This document shows positions 1 through 7,700 of a stretch of DNA of 42,295 bases, in pieces (the stretch's first letter is position 1; every line of letters starts with the position of its first letter). A model generated the notes under the pieces. The model made no database searches. It was not told the origin of the DNA and saw only the letters and a list, made by a program, of their open reading frames with translations. Origin of the DNA: Euryarchaeota archaeon UBA126 (GTDB lineage Archaea; Thermoplasmatota; Poseidoniia; Poseidoniales; Thalassarchaeaceae); assembly GCA_002497025.1 (NCBI GenBank), contig DAMG01000079.1:55443-97737 (forward strand), written 5' to 3'. Made by a program: the position numbers and the translations under genes.

Positions 1-1191
1 CGACCATTTGTAAGCCTAACCTCTCCTCAAAGCGGACAGATATATGCTGTTGATGAGAAATCAATTATCAGTGGAGTTGCTAGAGATAATGATGGGGATA
101 TTACTCGTGTTGATGTGGAAGTATTTGATGTCTCAAATGGATTTATCAATGTCTTCACAGGCGCTGTAACGGAAATTGAATCAAATGGTTATTGGGAAAT
201 GGAATGGGATTCAAGATTATTAACTCACAACATGCAATATCTAATCAAAGCAAGGTCCTATGACGGCTATGAGTACAGCGATTGGATGGAAGTGCAGGTC
301 GTCGCAGATAACCCTCCAGATGCAGACAATAATAGACCAACATTTGACTCAACTAACTGGCAAACGGAGATTACTCTATTTTGCGAATTCGATACAACGT
401 CACAAAATCCTTGCACAAAGGCAGAGATTAATTTACTAGAGTTCTTTGATGATGCAGATGGGATAAATTCTCTCATTCTATCTGTTTACGACGATGAAGC
501 AAAATCATCTGATGATGAATTTGGATTAGTGATTAACATAGGTATCGATGGAGTCGCGTTTTATGACCCTAAGGCGATGGGCTTTTACAATGAGGATATG
601 GATACATGGTCTTTGAGCAATGTGATATTTGTTGCTACGGATCCCTTTGGTTCAAAGGAGATATCTACACCAGTATCTTTCAATGTAGTTCCAATCGAAT
701 TCTATGTTGGCCCGCCAGATCAAAATACTGCAAGCGAAGATGAATTAATCATCTTCAGTGGTTCTGGATTACCAGGAAAGACAGTTAGAGTGACATTGGG
801 TGGTATTCAAGTCAATTCTACTGTAGTACTTGATAATTCAACATGGGAACTTGGAATTCCAGGAGCCATGCTAAGTAAGCCAGTAATACCGGTATTTTCT
901 ATTAGTGGTTCAGAATCCATTCAGGGCGAAGAGATTTCCCCACCCTCTAGTGATGGAGGAATCAGTCCTGTGATGATTATTGCCATTGTTGTAGTTATTA
1001 TCGCATTATTAGCAGGTACACTTTTCTTCAGTGGAGTAGTAACCTTCGAGGAAGATGATGAAGAATCTGATGAAGCAGAAGGAGCCGATACAAAGGGAGA
1101 ACATCTAGTAAAAAGCGATGACCACCCTGGTTGGCTTTGGGACGCTGAAAAAGAAGAATGGGTGCCTGATCCTGACCATATTGGTGAGTGA
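1..1191 (+). CDS. 5'-truncated membrane-anchored surface protein with Ig-like domains (C-terminal part of a larger protein)
   Basis: Frame 1 is open from base 1 (RPFVSLTSPQSGQ...SGVARDNDGDITRVDV, Ig/Big-like), so the gene starts upstream of the window. Acidic beta-rich body, TM helix (VMIIAIVVVIIALLAGTLFF), acidic tail ending DDHPGWLWDAEKEEWVPDP. Confidence 0.75.
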   Translation, partial: RPFVSLTSPQSGQIYAVDEKSIISGVARDNDGDITRVDVEVFDVSNGFINVFTGAVTEIESNGYWEMEWDSRLLTHNMQYLIKARSYDGYEYSDWMEVQVVADNPPDADNNRPTFDSTNWQTEITLFCEFDTTSQNPCTKAEINLLEFFDDADGINSLILSVYDDEAKSSDDEFGLVINIGIDGVAFYDPKAMGFYNEDMDTWSLSNVIFVATDPFGSKEISTPVSFNVVPIEFYVGPPDQNTASEDELIIFSGSGLPGKTVRVTLGGIQVNSTVVLDNSTWELGIPGAMLSKPVIPVFSISGSESIQGEEISPPSSDGGISPVMIIAIVVVIIALLAGTLFFSGVVTFEEDDEESDEAEGADTKGEHLVKSDDHPGWLWDAEKEEWVPDPDHIGE

Positions 1192-1204
1192 AGCAATAAA
1201 GCCC

Positions 1205-1214
1205 ACCGTACGGT
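1205..1214. promoter_or_regulatory. Perfect 10-bp palindrome ACCGTACGGT upstream of the STAND gene (candidate operator)
   Basis: Seen in the 58-bp intergenic gap, about 35 bp before the ATG; function inferred. Confidence 0.3.
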
Positions 1215-1249
1215 TAATTTCTTGAGTAATAGAAATCGCACCAATCATA

Positions 1250-3778
1250 ATGGCGTCCATGGCTACTACACGTCCTGGCGTTCAGGAACGCATTTTACTA
1301 CATTTAAGGGACTATGTGGATTACTCCGATAAGGTCGAGGTGCCTTTTGCAATTTCTCAGATGGGTATTGCAAATGCTGTTTCCATCGCTCGTTCGAATG
1401 TTCCCCGTGCGATCTCTGGAATGAAAGAGTCAGGCCACCTAATTGAGCGACAAGCTCATGTCACTGGAGTATCGAGAAAAAGGAAAGCATACTTCCTAAC
1501 CTCTGAAGGAGTAAGTCTTGCTGACAATATATGGGATAAGGTGTGTGAGCAACCAGTTCGATTAATTCACTCGGATGGAAGAGCCGAAAATCTGGTTCTT
1601 AAAACGGCATTGGAACGAACCGAACTCCCTCTAAGACACGTTGACATTTTGAGATATCTGGACGATTCCGGCACTCTTGACTTGTCTACATTATCTCCCG
1701 ATTTAATCGAAAGGGATCTCTCTAAACATATTGAGAAGCAACTTGTAAATTCACTGAATGATTTACCTAGATTACGTCGATTCTATGGCCGAGACGATGA
1801 AATTACCAAAATGGCAAATATCTTGGAATCAGAATCTACAACGCTACTAGTTCCCGGAATTGCTGGAATTGGAAAAACCGCTTTAGCGGCGAAATTACTT
1901 GAGCGCTTTACTCATCGAAGAAATCTTCTCTATCACCGGTGTCAAGACTGGGAAGGTTCGAGAGCGTTTCTAGAGGCTTGTTCGGAATGGCTTGCAATGA
2001 TTGGAAATAATGACTTGAGCGATTATGTTTCCTCAACACCAGTTCCACAGGTCACAATGGCGGTCAACATAATTGTCGAGGGCTTGAAAAACTCCCCTGC
2101 ACTTATTGTCGTAGATGACTTACACAAGGTAGCGGATGAGAACTTCGTAGCAATTCTTCGAGGCCTTACTCTTCGTATACCTGAAGCTGAGGAATTAGGT
2201 TTAGTTATGTTCTCTAGATCGTTTAGAATGGTGGTTCCGGAAAATGATTCAAGTAGCAATACAGTTGCACATTTTCTCCCACTCGAGGGTCTGGATCAAG
2301 ATTCTAGCAGGCAAATACTCACTGCAATGCCAGATATTGATTTGCAACAATTCCTCCACATTTATACCCTATCAAGAGGGCATCCATTGGTACTTGAATT
2401 GATAAATCGAGGCAGTGTTGGGGAAACCTTTCACTCTACCTTGGAGGCTTTTGTTGAAAAGGAAATTTTCAGTAAATTATCAGGGCCTCAAAAACGACTT
2501 CTAGGGGCGATTGCAGTATTCCGTGAACCAATGCCATTGGCCTCACTTAACACATTAGATGCCGATCTAGATTTACTAGATGACCTTGTAGAGAAAGGAC
2601 TAGCAAGAAGAATAGATTCTGATAATTATGATGTCCACGATTTAGTCAGAGAATTCCTTGTTCGTTCGATGGATGATTCATTGAAAGCAGAATTACACAA
2701 CAATGCTGTAGAATGGTATCGAAACAGAACTGAAACCGCTGTTGAGAAGATTGAATTCATCCATCATCTAAATGCATCTGGAGATATGGACACTCTTGCC
2801 GACGTTTTGCAAAGAGATGGTAGAGAGCTGGTTAAGTCAGGTCATATCGAACTATTAGGTATTCTCAGAGGCTTGGAATCAGATGGTTTTAACGCAATCC
2901 AATGGGGTTTGATTAGAGAACTTCGAGGCGACATTCTCTCTATTCAAGGCCGATGGGATGAGGCTGAAGAAGAATATGCAGCGGCGATTCCAACTGCAAA
3001 GAAGCATAAGCAAGCAGAGACACTTGCTCGATTACTCTCCGCTCGAGCTGATATTGCGATAAAACGAGGTGCTATGGATGACGCTCTAGAATTACACCGT
3101 CAGGCATTAGAAATTCAAATAGCAAAAAGAGACGCGGTTGGTGCATCAAGATCTTACATCAACATGGGGTACATTTTCCGCCGACGTAGAGATACTAGGC
3201 ACGCATTGGAGGTGTATGGGAATGTGGAGGAATTGCTGGACACAGAAACTGATCCGAGTTTGATGGATGCCCGAGTTCGATTAGCATCCGCCTTCCTAGA
3301 GATGGGTGAATTAGATCGTGCTAGAGATCATGCAATGGCTGCACACGACGGGACAAAGGACAATGGATTGGATGCACTTCATGCTAGGAGTAGGGCGGTA
3401 TTGGGTAGGTATTATGCTCGAATGAAGGATAATGATTTGGCTTTACTTCACTATTCTGCTGCCTTGGAAATACTATCTGAGGCAACAGATCCTCACAGCG
3501 CTGTGGAGGTTGAAATGTTACTTGGCCAAGTGCTAAGCGATGCTGGCAGAAAATCCGAAGCTGCAGAGCGTTACCTGGATGGTCTTGCGGTTGCTGAAGC
3601 TAATGATTTCAGATTATTGCAAGGTGAGCTACTAGCAAGGTTAGGGGAGGTAGAGAGCGATCGTTCTGCCAGAATGAATTATCTCCAACGCTCTCTTACA
3701 GTATTCCGTGAATTAGGTGCCGTGGACCGAATGCGGGACGTCCAAACTGCAGTACATCGGGCGATTATGGGCCATTGA
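1250..3778 (+). CDS. Winged-HTH / STAND (NB-ARC, MalT-like) ATPase / TPR-repeat protein
   Basis: N-terminal wHTH (SQMGIANAVSIARSNVPRAISGMKESG...YFLTSEG), FYGR..E, Walker A GIAGIGKT, Walker B LIVVDDLH, GxP motif SRGHPLVLEL, MHD-like VHDLVREF, C-terminal TPR-like helical repeats. Confidence 0.85.
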   Translation: MASMATTRPGVQERILLHLRDYVDYSDKVEVPFAISQMGIANAVSIARSNVPRAISGMKESGHLIERQAHVTGVSRKRKAYFLTSEGVSLADNIWDKVCEQPVRLIHSDGRAENLVLKTALERTELPLRHVDILRYLDDSGTLDLSTLSPDLIERDLSKHIEKQLVNSLNDLPRLRRFYGRDDEITKMANILESESTTLLVPGIAGIGKTALAAKLLERFTHRRNLLYHRCQDWEGSRAFLEACSEWLAMIGNNDLSDYVSSTPVPQVTMAVNIIVEGLKNSPALIVVDDLHKVADENFVAILRGLTLRIPEAEELGLVMFSRSFRMVVPENDSSSNTVAHFLPLEGLDQDSSRQILTAMPDIDLQQFLHIYTLSRGHPLVLELINRGSVGETFHSTLEAFVEKEIFSKLSGPQKRLLGAIAVFREPMPLASLNTLDADLDLLDDLVEKGLARRIDSDNYDVHDLVREFLVRSMDDSLKAELHNNAVEWYRNRTETAVEKIEFIHHLNASGDMDTLADVLQRDGRELVKSGHIELLGILRGLESDGFNAIQWGLIRELRGDILSIQGRWDEAEEEYAAAIPTAKKHKQAETLARLLSARADIAIKRGAMDDALELHRQALEIQIAKRDAVGASRSYINMGYIFRRRRDTRHALEVYGNVEELLDTETDPSLMDARVRLASAFLEMGELDRARDHAMAAHDGTKDNGLDALHARSRAVLGRYYARMKDNDLALLHYSAALEILSEATDPHSAVEVEMLLGQVLSDAGRKSEAAERYLDGLAVAEANDFRLLQGELLARLGEVESDRSARMNYLQRSLTVFRELGAVDRMRDVQTAVHRAIMGH

Positions 3779-3786
3779 TTTGAGTC

Positions 3787-4596
3787 TCATATAGTAGGGT
3801 TAATTTGTTCTAACTCACCCTTTCCAAGTCGATTGGAAAACTCCGGGCCTTCCTGTTTAGAAATTGAAAGAACTCCATTGAACCTCTCACCAATCTGGTG
3901 TAAAACTTCGGATTCGGCTAGGTGTGGAGCATTATTTTTCTCAGATAGGTGGCAAAGAACAATGCTACTCAATTTTGGGTGCAATATTTCTGCTAAGATA
4001 TCTGCAGTTTGCTGATTTGAAAGGTGCCCCCCTCGTCCTGAAATACGTTTTTTTAGGGACGGGGGATATGGGCCTGAAATCAGCCTATTAAGGTCATAAT
4101 TCGCCTCTATAGAGATATGTTCACATCCAGCTAGATGTTTCATTAATTCAATAGTTGGCTCACCTAAATCAGTAACAAACGCCGCTCTCCTTCCGTCACC
4201 GTTACTCGCAATAACTGCAACATTGTCTGCATCATCGTGAGGAACTGGTACTGGAAGCAGACTCAAATCTTCCGAGATATACAACCTTTCGAGTCCCTCA
4301 AAGGTTCTAACTTGTGAAATAGGTTCCAGCCCCAACCTCATGGTTGTTTCCAAATTTGCGTACAATCTGGCGTCCCATTTTTTCGAGGCTCGAGCGGCCG
4401 ATTTAGAATGATCAGAATGATGATGGCTGAGAATAATTGCATCGATAGAAGCCCCCTTTACCCCCGCTAAACTCAACCGTTCTTCCATTTGTTTTAGAGA
4501 AAATCCACAATCCACTATGACCCTTGTATCGCCTGTGGACAGTAGTGTGGCATTTCCACGACTTCCACTCCCCAAGTGAGTTATATCTAAGCCCAT
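3787..4596 (-). CDS. MBL-fold metallo-hydrolase, YycJ/WalJ-like
   Basis: LGSGSRGNAT, VDCG, SHHHSDH (HxHxDH), VPHD, TDLG, EANYD, GGHLSN, HLSEKNN motifs. Confidence 0.9.
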   Translation of the reverse strand: MGLDITHLGSGSRGNATLLSTGDTRVIVDCGFSLKQMEERLSLAGVKGASIDAIILSHHHSDHSKSAARASKKWDARLYANLETTMRLGLEPISQVRTFEGLERLYISEDLSLLPVPVPHDDADNVAVIASNGDGRRAAFVTDLGEPTIELMKHLAGCEHISIEANYDLNRLISGPYPPSLKKRISGRGGHLSNQQTADILAEILHPKLSSIVLCHLSEKNNAPHLAESEVLHQIGERFNGVLSISKQEGPEFSNRLGKGELEQINPTI

Positions 4597-4678
4597 TGAA
4601 TCAGTATGCCGGGCGAAGCCGTAAGGTCTTCAATACAACCCTAAATTTCAGCCTAAATCAACTAATATCCAAACCCCT

Positions 4679-4710
4679 CTCGTGTACGCGACGGCGTAGC
4701 CGTCGAGTAA
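4679..4710 (+). repeat. Copy A of intergenic element CTCGTGTACG + CGACGGC-GTA-GCCGTCG + AGTAA
   Basis: 10-mer identical to, and hairpin covarying with, copy B at 23486-23520 (minus strand). Confidence 0.7.
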
Positions 4711-4796
4711 TTCTATCTTAGGTGTGTCCGAACGACGCTCCATCACCGTCATAAGTCAAGCAAGAGCGCTAACATATGTCCACTAGAGGTCATACC

Positions 4797-7700
4797 ATGC
4801 GACGTAAGCAAACTGCGTTCTTCGTCACATTGTTGATTTTGAGTAGCCTAGTCTTCGTTTCCCAAACTAGACCACAGGCACCAGTGTCTTCTGTTGACCC
4901 ACCAGATTTACCCGGTTCTGGACCGATGGCTGTGGACCAGGATGAAGATTTAATTCCTGATATACATGAAGTGATATTTAGTGAAGCAAGACATATCGAT
5001 ACCCCGTTTGGTGTTGTAGTGGTTGAAGGGCTAGATCCGATGAATGGTTCTGATAACATCACTGACTTCGATAGAGATGGAGCTAGTGCACTGATGGAAT
5101 ATTGTTGGCCATGGACATTGGAAACCTGCTTTACAGAACGCCTTTCATTAACAGGTAAATCCCCCGATGAAACAGAGTCTGGATTCAGGGAGTATCTTGA
5201 TCCTCGGGAATCGGATACAGATGGAGATGGCCTCCCAGATGGTTATGAAATTTACATGTGTACCGAAGGAGGAGCTGGTTATCAAAATCCAGCTACTAGT
5301 GAATGGACTTGTCTTTACTTCGATCCTCTGGATGATTCAGATACATTCGAAGATGCGGATTTATGTGTTGAACAGGCCAGTGAATGGGGTTGTGGGGACG
5401 GTTTTGATGTAAACCGAGACGGTGAAATTGACCTCGATGAACGTTACACAAACTCTGAAGAATATTGGTTTGGCACACCATCTGATTGGCTTACTGAAAG
5501 AGACGGTTTGTGGTGTGCTGGAATAATGCCCAACCTTCATCCAGATGCCTGTCAAGACGAGATCGTAAGGCCCACTGGTGACGATGGATGGTTGGGTAGT
5601 GACCCTCGTCGAATGGACTCCGATCATTACACTTGGAGTGAATTACTTCCAACCAGTCTGGCAGTTCCCGGAGATGGAATTCCAGATGGGTGGGAGGCAT
5701 ACTATGGCCTTGATCCAAGAAATGCAAGCGATGCGACACTAGATTCAGATTCCGACGGATGGGATATAGACAGAGACGGATTCATAATCCCCGACTCTTC
5801 AATTGCGACCGCTCGCTGGGGAGAGGCATTCAGTAATTATGAGGAATATTTGATTCACATGGATAGTGGTCACTGGGTTCGACCTGGATTAAGAGGGACC
5901 ATTTTAACAAGTCAATCAGACGAAGTTATGCTATTCGACCAAGGAACAAATCCAATGTTAGTCGACGGAAGAGTGCACACCGTTCTATCAGATAATCCAA
6001 GAGACCGTTTACTTGTTGGTTCTGCTTATGGGATAACTGCAATTAATCCGTTTGAGAGAATTTCTTCGACTTTTGAACTGCCAAATGGCATGGAATTATT
6101 CACTATGATGCGTTGGAATCCATCTTCCGAAGATTATCTTATTCTAGGGACTAATCATGGAATACATTCGTTAATCCTCGAGAATGGCTTACCTCAGATG
6201 GATACATTGTCAGCATCGAATATAGGGCCTGTTCAAGTGATTGAACCTCTACAAACAGGTAGTGGTGATTTGGATTTAATTTTACTTGGCCATGGGTCAA
6301 ATGCCTGGAGAATGACAATTTCCGAACCATCTTCTGGAACTGGCAACCCCGACTTTAGCGAAGTAATAGCCATAGAAGAACTAACGCAAATGTTAGACAT
6401 AGTAGGTGCATCATTCACGGAAGTAATCCACGTTCCGATGTCCGGTAGAGGCCCAATGTTGATTGTTGGAACCGATAGTGGAATGATTCGATGGGATACC
6501 ACAGATGGAACATCTTCGATAGGTCAACCATTCTGGATTTACACTACTGAAGATGCAGAAGAATATGTCCAATTTGCAGACTTGTTGAATCAATCAAAGT
6601 CGGCCGTAGTTAATGTCATGGAATTAGCAGGTCCGGTAGCTACTGACGGGTCATTAGAGGAAGTAACCGGAGTTTGGCTAGGTACACCTGGCGGAATACA
6701 TCTGATTGACCTAGATTTGTTTGTTGGACTTCCTAAACAGGCCTTCATCACAGACCGGATGTTCAATTTAGAACGTTGGGAAGAAGGCGCTAATGATATC
6801 TACTCAATTCATGCAATAGATGGCAAGATATTGTTGGGTTCAAGAGACGGAACTTGGGCCCTTGAAGGAGGGTCTCAGGGTGTATTAGGGATTGTAGAAA
6901 ACCAAACAAGGATGCCTGGACTTGTCACCTCTCTTACTACCTTTATTCACGATGGCAACCAGTACTTGTTTGCAGGTGTTTCACCTGGTGAATACATGAA
7001 CCTCATGCCAATAAATCCCAAATCTATCGATTCGGACCTTGATGGAATGCCAGATGGTTGGGAGTTTGTTTACGGATTAGATCCCACCGACCCATATGAT
7101 CGAGTAAGGGATGCAGATGCAGATGGGGTATACTTCGACATAGATGGAGTAAGTTTCAATCGAGAATGGTCCAACCTTGACGAATATAGATTCGTTAACA
7201 CAAGTGAAGGCGGTTTTAGCGGAACGGATCCAAGAAATATCGACACTGATGGAGACGGTTTGACCGATGGACAGGAATATTGGGGTTGGTTTGCAGATTC
7301 TACAGATTTCTCTTGCCATTACCTAAATGAGGAGTATATTTGCGATGATGAAGTTGGAGAGGATGCTCTGGAAGTCCATCTCTCTGGTTGGTTAAACTCT
7401 GGTGCCGGAGGGGGAACTGATGGCCCCACAGACCCAACCAGTTTAGACAGCGATGGAGATGGAATGCCAGATGGCTGGGAAATTGAGCATCGCCGCTGGA
7501 TTGGAGATGTATACACAGGTGGTAACCTTTGGACACTAGATCCGAGGGACCCCTCAGATGCAACTATGGATGCTGACGGGGATGGCTTGGATAATGTATG
7601 CGAATACAAATGGGGCCTTTACGTAGAAAGCGTGGCATTAGAAGGTCTACCTACTCATGGAGAAAATGCTAGCGCCGCTCAGAGTTGGACGAAGACTGAT

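Noticed and set aside
1250..4596. STAND ATPase next to an MBL hydrolase as an Avs1-like defence system
   Set aside because: The genes are convergent rather than operonic, the MBL looks like housekeeping YycJ, and the STAND has a wHTH instead of a protease or nuclease effector
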